Shown: positions 8,773 to 17,786 of the stretch, piece by piece
Layout: each line of letters begins with the position of its first letter
How positions within the stretch are numbered: the first letter of the stretch is position 1
Source of the DNA: a virus
DNA length: 64,000 nt
IMG/VR virus record: IMGVR_UViG_3300025288_000012
Coordinates: 126,919 to 190,918 of that record
Reading direction: 5' to 3' (one strand)
The notes under the pieces: generated by a model
What the model saw: only the letters and a program-made list of their open reading frames with translations
Told to the model about the DNA's origin: nothing
The model's database searches: none
Program-made: the position numbers and the translations under genes

Positions 8773-9050
8773 ATGAAAACCATAGTTAGCAAGTCCCTAA
8801 AAGCTATGTCTGCGGGTAAGAAATCACCCACGTGACGCTACTCGTCTTGAAGACATACGGGGTGAGATGGGTGAACTTCTAAGTGAGGCACGCCCGATAG
8901 CCAAAAAGGTGGGTGGCCACACGTATGCCGCGGCCTCCTCTTATTGGATATAGCACACATCGAATCTGCCTTGGGTGCAATGAGACTTCGAGTCGTCCAT
9001 CTGCTACTACAATGCAGGACACCCTCAACGAACTACTAGAAGGCCTCAAA
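8773..9050 (+). pseudogene. Frameshifted leader-bearing gene (MKTIVSKSL...RLEDIRGEMGELLSEAR...YWIAHIESALG...TMQDTLNEL)
   Basis: Strong AAGGAAACACC-ATG start; the protein-like reading continues across three frame changes (~8830, ~8951, ~8975). Confidence 0.5.
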
Positions 9051-9530
9051 ATGAAAATCTCTGTTTCTCTATCTGCAGGTGTGACACTAGACTTCGAGGA
9101 TCACGACAAGTCGGCAGCACCTATCTTCCACTACGGTGTTCGAGATGGTGTTCGCGTATTCTTCAACAACAACTTCCTGCTCCGTGCAGAAGGTCCGGTG
9201 TCAAAGACTTTCTCTATCCATCATAGAGCAGACTTGATGAAGAACAGGTCATTTGAGCCCTTAGGCACGCTAGACCTAGCGCAAAACCGGGTGTACAAGA
9301 TTGAGTTGTTGCCGATCTGGGCGGGCATGGGAATAGCAGAGGAACTTGTAGTCAGTCTTCTGAAGACGTTTAACGAACCCCTAGCCTTATCACGCCATAG
9401 TTGCCTGCAATCAGTACGCAACAACCTAGGCGTGGATGAGTACTTATGGTTAGACAACCTGTCTGAACTGGAAATCCGGGCAGTTAGCTGTAGGACGAAA
9501 GAACGTGTATCTAATTCGTGGTCCGTGTAG
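9051..9530 (+). CDS. Hypothetical protein with MKISVSLSA leader; possible GNAT-like fold
   Basis: IELLPIWAGMGIAEELVVSLL resembles the GNAT acetyl-CoA-binding motif A. Start placed at ATG 9051 because of the leader. Confidence 0.5.
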   Translation: MKISVSLSAGVTLDFEDHDKSAAPIFHYGVRDGVRVFFNNNFLLRAEGPVSKTFSIHHRADLMKNRSFEPLGTLDLAQNRVYKIELLPIWAGMGIAEELVVSLLKTFNEPLALSRHSCLQSVRNNLGVDEYLWLDNLSELEIRAVSCRTKERVSNSWSV

Positions 9531-9727
9531 CATAACCTGAAATCCTTTCAACAAGTATACAAGTATAAGTCTAGAATTTAGTTACACCGCCCTGGTTGGG
9601 CAAAATGGTGCACCTATTAGTGGTTATATAGGCTTTTTACGCTATTTACCGCTAAATATGTGCACCATAATTTTTTTGCGTGAACACCTTTCACATATTT
9701 TGTACCATCCCAACCAGGAGCCGCCAC

Positions 9728-11845
9728 ATGTCTGATAGTAAATCAGTCCCCTTCCACGGCATTCTTGCAGTTGGAAACTCCAAAGACGAGGCCGTCAATC
9801 GCTACAAGATGGCGGCTGTCGGTAAAGGAGTTTCTGCCTACACGGATAAAGCCCATTCACTGTCCTTCGTTACCAACGCTAGCAGTTTATCTGAAATGTT
9901 CAATCCTCAGACCGGTGACCTGGACCTGGAAGAAACCCCCGATGTTCTGCAAAGTCTGGAATTCGCGTCCCAGTCTAACTCTGACAACCGCGAAGTTAAC
10001 TACTTCGAGTGCCGTAGCGGATGTGGTGCTCACATCGTCTACGATTCTTCCGAGCTAGTGAAACATTGCCCGGTCTGTACCTCGGCAGTTATCGACGATG
10101 AATCCGAAGGCGATTCCGAAGGTGAGCCCGACGGTGACGAAGAATCCGATGACGACATGGAGTCCGATGACGACATGGAGTCCGATGAAGATGCAATCGA
10201 TCTCGAATCCGATTCCGAAGACGAATCCGACGGTGAGTCCGACGGTGACGACATGGAGTCCGATGACGACATGGAGTCTGATGAAGACGACCTGGACTCA
10301 GGTGACGACGAGGAATCTACTTCTTCTGACGACGAATCTGAAGGTGACGACTCCGAAGGGGATGATGCCGAAGACGACTCCGAAGGGGATGATGCCGAAG
10401 AAGAGACCGACGAGAACGAGCCCGTAGTTATTGCTGCTTCGAGCAAAGCCGAAGCCGTGGAACTGTACCGCAAGGAACGCGCTGGTGTTATCCACGCAAG
10501 TGCGGTTGAAGTCAACTACATGGTGTGTTCGTCTGCTACTTGCGGAGCTCACGTTATTTTCGAGTCCAGCGACGTAACCGAATGCCCCATTTGCGCCTCC
10601 GCTCTGCAGGAAGCTGACGAGTCCAAAGACGAAGCCGATCTTGAAGTCGACACTGGCTCCGATGCTGAAGACGGTGATGAAGACGACATGGCCTCCGATG
10701 CTGAAGACGGTGATGAAGACGACATGGCCTCCGATGCTGAAGACGGTGATGAAGACGACATGGCCTCCGATGCTGAAGACGGTGATGAAGACGACTCTAA
10801 CGAGCCATTGGCCGTAGCTGCCTCAACCCGTGCTGAAGCTGAAGCCCTTTACCAGCAGGCTCGTGCCGGTGTTATCCACGCAAGTGCAGTTGAAGTCAAC
10901 TACATGGTGTGTTCGTCCTCCGATTGCGGTGCCCACGTCATCTATGAATCCGCTGAAGCTATTGCCTGCCCGGTATGTGCTTCCGCTCTTGTAGAGCCCG
11001 AAGGTGAAACTGAAGCTGCTGCTCCGGTCGGTACGAAGACTGTAGTAGTTGACGAGCTTGCCAACATCGACGATAGTGCCGATGCTTCGCACGAAAAGCT
11101 TGATGTGTCGTACTCCTCCAGCGTTGCCGGTTCTCCCATATGGACTGCGTACTATGCGGGCAAGCCTGTTGCCGTTGCTCGTAAGAGCGAGTCTGGCCAC
11201 CAGGACATCTTCGACGAAGCTACCTTCGGTAATGCAGTTCTCGCCTCTGCTCGTCACGCTGGTGTTGTCAATACCCTGCGCGAAATGGGCTTCAAGGCTA
11301 TTGCAAATGACGTAAACCTCGAGCGTTACGTCGAGCAGCAGATCGAAGAGCAAGTTGCTGAGGAACGTGCCGCAATGGCATCCACCCAGAAACAGTTCCA
11401 GGATCGTTTCAAGGCGGCTCTTGCAACTGCGTCCATCGGTATGACCCGTGGCTTCTTCGTCGGTCAAACCAATCCCCTGAAAGACAACCTGTTTAACGCC
11501 CTTAGCTCTGCGGGTGTTCGCAACCCTGATGTACTGTTGTTCAATGCGTTCAAGTCTGCTGCTGACGCATATCACAACGCTCTCTTCTCCAAGGCCAGTG
11601 AGATTATGGACAAGCCGGTTGAAGTTCAAGAAGGCCTAGCAAAGGCTGTACTTGAAATGAATCACACGTCTATGAGCGCAACGAACCCTGTGGAAGATCG
11701 TTTAGTCTCCATGGGAGTTCCTGCAACTGCTGCTGCGGTTTCTCATGTCCCGGATGATAACCTTGAGTCCGTAAGCTCAAGTGATGGTGGGTTTGGCGCA
11801 AAAGCTGCGGCTGTTGTGTCCGGTCTCGGCCGTCGCATTCGTTAA
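9728..11845 (+). CDS. Prohead scaffold/core protein, very acidic, with three Cys4 Zn-ribbon-like modules
   Basis: AGGAG RBS; D/E-rich tracts; three C..(x)CGAH...CP.C modules; C-terminal coiled coil; lies between protease and MCP. Confidence 0.75.
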   Translation: MSDSKSVPFHGILAVGNSKDEAVNRYKMAAVGKGVSAYTDKAHSLSFVTNASSLSEMFNPQTGDLDLEETPDVLQSLEFASQSNSDNREVNYFECRSGCGAHIVYDSSELVKHCPVCTSAVIDDESEGDSEGEPDGDEESDDDMESDDDMESDEDAIDLESDSEDESDGESDGDDMESDDDMESDEDDLDSGDDEESTSSDDESEGDDSEGDDAEDDSEGDDAEEETDENEPVVIAASSKAEAVELYRKERAGVIHASAVEVNYMVCSSATCGAHVIFESSDVTECPICASALQEADESKDEADLEVDTGSDAEDGDEDDMASDAEDGDEDDMASDAEDGDEDDMASDAEDGDEDDSNEPLAVAASTRAEAEALYQQARAGVIHASAVEVNYMVCSSSDCGAHVIYESAEAIACPVCASALVEPEGETEAAAPVGTKTVVVDELANIDDSADASHEKLDVSYSSSVAGSPIWTAYYAGKPVAVARKSESGHQDIFDEATFGNAVLASARHAGVVNTLREMGFKAIANDVNLERYVEQQIEEQVAEERAAMASTQKQFQDRFKAALATASIGMTRGFFVGQTNPLKDNLFNALSSAGVRNPDVLLFNAFKSAADAYHNALFSKASEIMDKPVEVQEGLAKAVLEMNHTSMSATNPVEDRLVSMGVPATAAAVSHVPDDNLESVSSSDGGFGAKAAAVVSGLGRRIR
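10657..10795 (+). repeat. 36-bp coding tandem repeat, about 3.9 copies (MASDAEDGDEDD)
   Basis: Unit ctccgatgctgaagacggtgatgaagacgacatggc starts at 10657, 10693, 10729 and 10765. Confidence 0.95.
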
Positions 11846-11881
11846 TTAGTTTTCGTTTTTACTTATTAAGGAGTTACACAA

Positions 11882-12562
11882 ATGTTGCAATTGCGTGAAA
11901 CCCGAGTAGTTTACACTGGTCACGAAGCTGTTGCCACCGGCGTTGTTATCAACGAAGAAGGCATTGCCCTGGCCTACGTCAAGGAAAACGGCGCTACCAA
12001 AGTTCAGCCCTGTACCGGCGTTGCTGGTGAAATCTTTGCGGGCGTTAGCTTGTCCCGTAATGCTCCCCCGGCTGCTCTTCCCATGGTCAATGAAGGCATC
12101 ATCGCTGCTGACGGCACTTTCGAGATGGGCCGTGTACCCAATGCAGGTCAACTGCTGGTCAAGGTCGGCGGTACTGCGTTCACCATCGTTACCACTGCTC
12201 CTTCCGTAGAAGAAGTGAAGGTTACTGGTTCGACTCTGCAATTCCAAGTTGCTGAAGCAGGCAATCAGGTCTTCGCTCAGATGGTCTACACACCCACGGT
12301 CATCGAAGCCCGCACCATCGTTGGTAACATCCCGGCCGCAGGTATCCCCCAGACCGACACCATCGGTACTCTGAAGGATGCGACGTTCGGTACCAACTAC
12401 TTCGACGCTGCTGTTGACTGGTCTGATGCACTGTACGTCAAGCTTGGCCCGAATGGCACACTGACCAAAGGTACCGCTGCCGATGGCATCCCCAATGCTA
12501 TCGTCAAAAACTCGCCCAGCCCGGCCAGCCCGTTCCTGGTTGTCAGCATCCGAGTTGCCTGA
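11882..12562 (+). CDS. Putative capsid decoration/cement protein
   Basis: Immediately upstream of MCP; beta-rich; strong RBS; C-ending codon bias like MCP. Confidence 0.65.
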   Translation: MLQLRETRVVYTGHEAVATGVVINEEGIALAYVKENGATKVQPCTGVAGEIFAGVSLSRNAPPAALPMVNEGIIAADGTFEMGRVPNAGQLLVKVGGTAFTIVTTAPSVEEVKVTGSTLQFQVAEAGNQVFAQMVYTPTVIEARTIVGNIPAAGIPQTDTIGTLKDATFGTNYFDAAVDWSDALYVKLGPNGTLTKGTAADGIPNAIVKNSPSPASPFLVVSIRVA

Positions 12563-12599
12563 TCCCAGTAAACCTCACTCAATTTAGGAGTTCAATACC

Positions 12600-13715
12600 A
12601 TGCGTAAACAAAATCCGTTTGCTGGCGCTCAGCTGGTCCTCAAAAATGGCGACCCCATTTCTGAACTGAAATTCGGCCGTTCAAGTCAGCGTGCTCTGTC
12701 AGCCAATGGCGAGTTCAATGCCAGTGACAAGCAAGACCTGGTTCGTGCTATCACTGCTCTGATGACCTCGGTCAGCTCCGGCGAGGTTGTGCCTGAGTAC
12801 AAGTCCGCCGTTGCCTCTTCGGGCGAATACGCTCAGATGGTTCAGGAACGTCGTGAAGTTCTGGCTGCTGCTTATGCTGACTCCACCGGCGAGAAATGGG
12901 CCGCCCTGGGTGCTTCCATCGCTCTGCAACTGCAAGAGCAACGTAACCGCGAAGGCTTTCTGCGTCGCGTCGCCGTTGGCCAGACCCTGAAGCAAGGTGA
13001 GATCCCGCGTATCACCATGCCGTCGTGGGATGCAGTGTCCATCGTTGCAACCAGCTCTGCAAGCGTTGGTTACCAACTGGTTCGTTCCAAAGTGTTCACC
13101 CCTGGTGAATTCGAGATCCTGGCCAACCTCCGTGTTGAAAACCTGGACATCGAACAAGTCTCCGGCGACCTCCTGGACGAAGCCTACAACCAAGGCCTGG
13201 ACGCCATCATGGTCGGTGAAGACCGCCTGTGGAAGAAAGCCGCCGACCTGTCGGTTGGTGTTGTCAATCCCCTGAACTACATCAGTGGCACCCTGACGAC
13301 CCAAATGCTGGCAACCATTCGCCAGCAAGTCACCGACTGGAACCTGCCCGCCACCAATGCCATCATCAGTAACGACTTCTGGTCTGACGTGATCGGCAGC
13401 AACGACTTCGCAACCTTCCTTGACCCGGTCAGCAAGTATGACCTGGTCCTGAACGGTTACCTGGGTACGTTGGTTGGTATGAACCTGGTTACTGATGCGT
13501 TCCGTCAGCCCAACCAGAAGGTTCTGAACCGTGGTGAAATCTACGTCGTGGCCTCCTCGGAGAACCATTCGGCGTACACCGATCGTGGTGGTGTTCGTTC
13601 CACCCCGACCAGCGGCGCCGACCAAGGCAATACCACGAAGGGCTGGCTCATGTCTGAACTGCTCAGCTTCGTCCTGGCCAATCCCCGCTCGGTTTCCAAA
13701 GGAAAACGTGTGTAA
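12600..13715 (+). CDS. Major capsid protein
   Basis: 371 aa; follows protease, scaffold and decoration genes; strong codon bias and AGGAG RBS; HK97-like pattern (..GYLGTLVGMNLVTD..GEIYVV); terminator follows. Confidence 0.85.
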   Translation: MRKQNPFAGAQLVLKNGDPISELKFGRSSQRALSANGEFNASDKQDLVRAITALMTSVSSGEVVPEYKSAVASSGEYAQMVQERREVLAAAYADSTGEKWAALGASIALQLQEQRNREGFLRRVAVGQTLKQGEIPRITMPSWDAVSIVATSSASVGYQLVRSKVFTPGEFEILANLRVENLDIEQVSGDLLDEAYNQGLDAIMVGEDRLWKKAADLSVGVVNPLNYISGTLTTQMLATIRQQVTDWNLPATNAIISNDFWSDVIGSNDFATFLDPVSKYDLVLNGYLGTLVGMNLVTDAFRQPNQKVLNRGEIYVVASSENHSAYTDRGGVRSTPTSGADQGNTTKGWLMSELLSFVLANPRSVSKGKRV

Positions 13716-13749
13716 CATGTGTAAAGGCAGGATGGCATGTAAGTAACAA

Positions 13750-13775
13750 AAATGGGACACTTCGGTGTCCCATTT
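13750..13775 (+). terminator. Rho-independent terminator after MCP
   Basis: aaatgggacac-TTCG-gtgtcccattt: perfect 11-bp stem with a cUUCGg loop, followed by gctttt. Confidence 0.85.
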
Positions 13776-13836
13776 GCTTTTGGTGCCTTCATTGTAATTT
13801 TATCGTTACACAAAACGCCTTAACTAGGAGCCTTTC

Positions 13837-14244
13837 ATGAACAACGTATCCCGTGATCTTTTTCTTCTTTCTGCACTCGCTTTTCAGCAAGGTGATTACT
13901 CCAAGGCGGGTGAGCTGTTCTCCTCAAGCCTAAGTTCCGATGATGCCGCCGACTTCTTGGCGCAAGTTGATTCGATGGGTGAGGAAGACACTATGATGGA
14001 AGCAAACTCCTCCGATAAGAACAAGCTAAGCGACATAGCGAAGGCTATCAGTCGGGCAATTGGCTCTCATGCTAGTACTTCAGCCGATGAAGCCGTTGAC
14101 GACGCGGAAGAATCTGGTGACGAAGAAGACCTGGACGAGGACTCTGATATTGAATCCGACGACGTGGACAGTGATGCTGCAGGTGAGCGCATTATCCCTA
14201 GCGCGCTGAGTTCAGTCAGCAGTGCAATCAAGGTAAAAGCGTAA
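13837..14244 (+). CDS. Acidic hypothetical virion protein
   Basis: AGGAG RBS; D/E-rich tract; HASTSA site like the putative processing motifs. Confidence 0.7.
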   Translation: MNNVSRDLFLLSALAFQQGDYSKAGELFSSSLSSDDAADFLAQVDSMGEEDTMMEANSSDKNKLSDIAKAISRAIGSHASTSADEAVDDAEESGDEEDLDEDSDIESDDVDSDAAGERIIPSALSSVSSAIKVKA

Positions 14245-14245
14245 A

Positions 14246-14911
14246 ATGTCTAAGCCTGCAACTATTCTTGACGAACTTAACGAAAGTAGTTTGTTCTTGG
14301 CTAGCCTGTATGGTGTAAGGACATTGTTCGAGCGAGAGCTAGGCATAAAGAACATGCTTATTGCCACGGACGAAATGATAAAGGCACGTATCGCCCAAAG
14401 GGTTAAGCAGAATCAGTTACCTGAATACCCTTATGCCTATCTAATACTCAACGAAGTACAGTCTGTCAAAGAGATGCAACCCAACAAGGTAGTCCGACGT
14501 TTAGGATACCGCATGGGAACAGAAGGTGCCACTAGAGCTACCTCAACCAAGGGTTACATCTTTCCGGTAAAAGCAGGTGTCGAACTGAAGTACACTGATG
14601 CCGATCCTTATAAGGTGATCAGAGTTGCCGAGGCAATGATGATTCTGGGTCAAGTAGATGGATTGAACTTTGACCTTCGGGTAGGTGACGACGACGCCAT
14701 GAGGTTGTCAATTAGACTGGAAATACCTGAGAGCGTTGCTATACCAATGGCTGATACTAATCTACCAAGCGCCCCAGCTGCCTTAGAAGTATCCTTGTCA
14801 TTTGTTATGTATGGCTACGCAGGGTTCTTCCGTGAGGTGTCAGCCGTTAGCTCGAATTCTCCATTAGTTGCTACTACCTTTATAAACCAAGGTCTAACCG
14901 ATGACAACTAA
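14246..14911 (+). CDS. Putative neck/tail-completion protein
   Basis: Position between head and sheath genes; function inferred from synteny only. Confidence 0.5.
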   Translation: MSKPATILDELNESSLFLASLYGVRTLFERELGIKNMLIATDEMIKARIAQRVKQNQLPEYPYAYLILNEVQSVKEMQPNKVVRRLGYRMGTEGATRATSTKGYIFPVKAGVELKYTDADPYKVIRVAEAMMILGQVDGLNFDLRVGDDDAMRLSIRLEIPESVAIPMADTNLPSAPAALEVSLSFVMYGYAGFFREVSAVSSNSPLVATTFINQGLTDDN

Positions 14912-15257
14912 AGCCCTACCGCTGGATAAGACGCTAGTTACTGAGTTCAAATCTGAGATAGCCGACATTCATCTTCGTCAGCGCCAACTGAAGAACTCGA
15001 TAGCTGCAAAGATACCACAGTCTTCGAACTTCAGGACCGGTGACTTCAGCCTAATAACGTCACAGCAGCTTGAACTCAACACTGTCACAACTGCTATTCA
15101 AATTCATGGTTATGAACCATTCATGGTAGACCTAGTGAACGGGTTGACCTACACATCTTTTGTGTGCAATGGATTGTTCATAGCATTTGCTGCCTTCGAC
15201 AGGGTCGTCGTTAGGAAGCATTTGCTAGATACAAGAATAACTTACCTTTGCGCTTAA
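14901..15257 (+). CDS. Hypothetical protein
   Basis: 118-aa ORF coupled to the upstream gene. Confidence 0.6.
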   Translation: MTTKALPLDKTLVTEFKSEIADIHLRQRQLKNSIAAKIPQSSNFRTGDFSLITSQQLELNTVTTAIQIHGYEPFMVDLVNGLTYTSFVCNGLFIAFAAFDRVVVRKHLLDTRITYLCA

Positions 15258-15287
15258 GCATTTAACGATTTCCTAAAGGAGCTCATA

Positions 15288-16847
15288 ATGGGAATGCCTT
15301 CACCATCAGCTGGTGTGTACGTCAACGAGATAGACTTATCCCAAGTAGTATCTGGTGCCTCTTCCTCTATTGGTGCCATCGTGGGAGAGTCGAAACGTGG
15401 TCCAGTAGACGTAGCCTACCTGGTTACAAGCACGAAACAGTTCCTCGAGTTGTTCGGCAAGCCAGACGCCCGAGTTAGCTATATGCACTATTGTGCCTTG
15501 GCATTCCTGGAACATGGCTCACGTCTGTACGTGACTCGTGTGGCTCCAGAAGCTATGTACGGTGGTTGCACGATCTTCCTCAATGCCAATCTGAACGCAG
15601 CTGAGCCTTGGGCTGCTGGTGAGTCTGATCCGTTGCTGAAGCCATTTGCTCCTTCAGACCTTATGCACTTCTACGGTGCTGACCCGGGTGGCTGGAACAA
15701 AAACGTTGAGGTGCGTGTTTACCCCAACACCAACGAGAACGATGGTACGTTCTTTGTGGACGTGTACCTAGCTACTCAGGGCCAGCCTGTAGAGCGCTTC
15801 AAAGTTCACCTTAACTTCCTGCTTGATGGGTACGGTGTCCAGCTGAACGTGCAAGAGCACATCAACAAGAGAAGTGCTCACATTCGGGTAGCTCAGAACT
15901 ACGATCAAGCTGATTACTTTGCTAGCCCCAACAGGCAATTCATCAACACCGTAGCATCTGTTAAGCTTACAGGCGGGCTTGATCCCCGTAAGGCTACCAC
16001 TAGTGAAATCATGCAAGCCTGGGACTTGTACCAAGACCCAGAACAATTGGACATAAACATCCTCATAAACGGTGGCTACACCATTCCGGCTATTCAGTTG
16101 AAGATGGCAGAATTGTGTGAGTCCCGTATGGACTGCCTCGCAGTTCTCGATGTTCCTTCAATGGAGCAATCACTTCAGGATGCAGTCAACTATCGGCGTA
16201 ACACACTGATGCTTGACTCCTCATATGCCGCTCTTTATGCACCTGATTACCTAGTCCTCGATCAGTACAACGACATAAAGTTGTACGTTCCTCCCAGTGG
16301 TCATGTGGCAGGTGCCTACGCCCGCACTGACAGCGAGTACGAGCTGTGGTTTGCTCCTGCTGGTATGAACCGTGGTCGTCTGAACATCCTTGGATTGCGC
16401 CACGTGTACAACCAAGGTGATCGTGATGCTCTGTACGACAACCAGGTTAACGGTACTCGTGTAATTGTCGGTGCAGGCATCAAGATTTGGGGTGCTGACA
16501 CACTTCAATCAATGGCAAGTGCTTTGTCCAATGTATCGGTACGTCGCCTAATGATCTTCCTTGAGAAGAGCCTTAGCGAGGCAGCACTGTACTCTGTGTT
16601 TGACCCCAACGACTACATACTGCGTGCCCAGCTTGTGGAGCTCAGCGAACGGTTCCTGCTGCCTATAAAGAACGCACGTGGTCTGTACGCCTTCGGTGTA
16701 GTGTGCGATGAATCGAACAACTTGCCTTCCACCATAGCCGCTGGTGATCTTATCCTGGACGTGTACGTGGATCCTGTTCTTCCAGCCAAGCGTATCCACT
16801 TAACTGCCATCATCAACAAGACTGGCGCTAAGTTTGTTAACCAGTAA
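15288..16847 (+). CDS. Tail sheath protein
   Basis: GVYVNEID, IVGESKRGPV, PPSGHVAGAYARTD..WFAPAG.NRG, NVRRL motifs. Confidence 0.95.
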   Translation: MGMPSPSAGVYVNEIDLSQVVSGASSSIGAIVGESKRGPVDVAYLVTSTKQFLELFGKPDARVSYMHYCALAFLEHGSRLYVTRVAPEAMYGGCTIFLNANLNAAEPWAAGESDPLLKPFAPSDLMHFYGADPGGWNKNVEVRVYPNTNENDGTFFVDVYLATQGQPVERFKVHLNFLLDGYGVQLNVQEHINKRSAHIRVAQNYDQADYFASPNRQFINTVASVKLTGGLDPRKATTSEIMQAWDLYQDPEQLDINILINGGYTIPAIQLKMAELCESRMDCLAVLDVPSMEQSLQDAVNYRRNTLMLDSSYAALYAPDYLVLDQYNDIKLYVPPSGHVAGAYARTDSEYELWFAPAGMNRGRLNILGLRHVYNQGDRDALYDNQVNGTRVIVGAGIKIWGADTLQSMASALSNVSVRRLMIFLEKSLSEAALYSVFDPNDYILRAQLVELSERFLLPIKNARGLYAFGVVCDESNNLPSTIAAGDLILDVYVDPVLPAKRIHLTAIINKTGAKFVNQ

Positions 16848-16856
16848 GGACTAGTC

Positions 16857-17267
16857 ATGGAAATATCAATCAGCAAGACACGCGTGCAGAAGGCCCGAGA
16901 AGTTCTAAGGGCTGAAGAACGTCGCAAAGCCTCAGAGGCAAAGGCTTCTGTTCGTGAAAAAGTAAAGCTTCTCAAGGAAAAGAAGAAGGACTTGCTCAAG
17001 TCCATGTCTGAAATAAACAAAGCTCAGTTCAAGCAGCAGTCTGCCCTTTCGGAGAAGTTGGCGAAAGTAACCCAGACTCGTATGGAGTTTGAGACTGAGG
17101 AGCAGAAGATGCAGGAGCAGCTAGAGAAGCTTGCTACCAAACACGCATCGGACTCAAAGAAGATGAAGCTTAAGGCTCGTCTTGATGATCTGAACTCAAA
17201 GCTGGCAGACCTTGGTGTTACTACCGATGTGCCTAAAGACGATTCAACTACTGAAGATAAGGAGTAA
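16857..17267 (+). CDS. Lys/Glu-rich coiled-coil protein (MEISISK leader-like N-terminus)
   Basis: Heptad K/E pattern; inserted between sheath and tube genes. Confidence 0.65.
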   Translation: MEISISKTRVQKAREVLRAEERRKASEAKASVREKVKLLKEKKKDLLKSMSEINKAQFKQQSALSEKLAKVTQTRMEFETEEQKMQEQLEKLATKHASDSKKMKLKARLDDLNSKLADLGVTTDVPKDDSTTEDKE

Positions 17268-17270
17268 CAC

Positions 17271-17786
17271 ATGGCCAAGCCTACCCTAGGGCAAGTTGCA
17301 GCATCAATCCTCGACCCGATGCTGTCTGATAACTTCCAGATGAACTTTGCCAGCGTTCCTACTGGTGCAAACTCCCAACCGTTGCTCATGCAGTGTCGTA
17401 CTGCTAGCAAGCCCGGTTGGACCCTGACCGCCTTGCAGGTACAGTTGTTCGGCCATACACTGAACCACTCCGGCAACCTGACGTATGGTGGTGACCTCAC
17501 GTTGGAGTATGTTGAGAACCGTAGTGCACAGATCTCGAAGATCCTTGAAGACTGGGGTAAACTGATTCGTGATCCGCAGACCCAGACCGGCGCGTACAAG
17601 TCTGAGTACCAGCGCGATGGTGAACTGACGATCTTCGACCAGAAGGGCAACACAGTTCGTTCCTACATCATTCATGGATGTTGGCCTTCTGCGCTGCCTG
17701 ATCTGTCCTTCGATGGTCAGTCATCTGCAATCATCGCCCTGAGTACGACTTTCAAATACGACTGGTGGGAAGTACGCGGTGGCTAA
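17271..17786 (+). CDS. Tail tube protein (T4 gp19-like)
   Basis: Follows the sheath; ..GCWPSALPDLSFDG.S motif; 171 aa. Confidence 0.85.
   Translation: MAKPTLGQVAASILDPMLSDNFQMNFASVPTGANSQPLLMQCRTASKPGWTLTALQVQLFGHTLNHSGNLTYGGDLTLEYVENRSAQISKILEDWGKLIRDPQTQTGAYKSEYQRDGELTIFDQKGNTVRSYIIHGCWPSALPDLSFDGQSSAIIALSTTFKYDWWEVRGG

Noticed and set aside
10657-10795. 36-bp repeats of CRISPR-like length
   Set aside because: Head-to-tail with no spacers, in frame within a coding acidic tract; no cas genes.
12699-13760. 353-aa antisense ORF across the MCP (likewise 10823-11629, 17024-17653, 44843-45532, 59280-60161)
   Set aside because: Shadow frames produced by strong codon bias of highly expressed genes; no RBS and no recognisable motifs.
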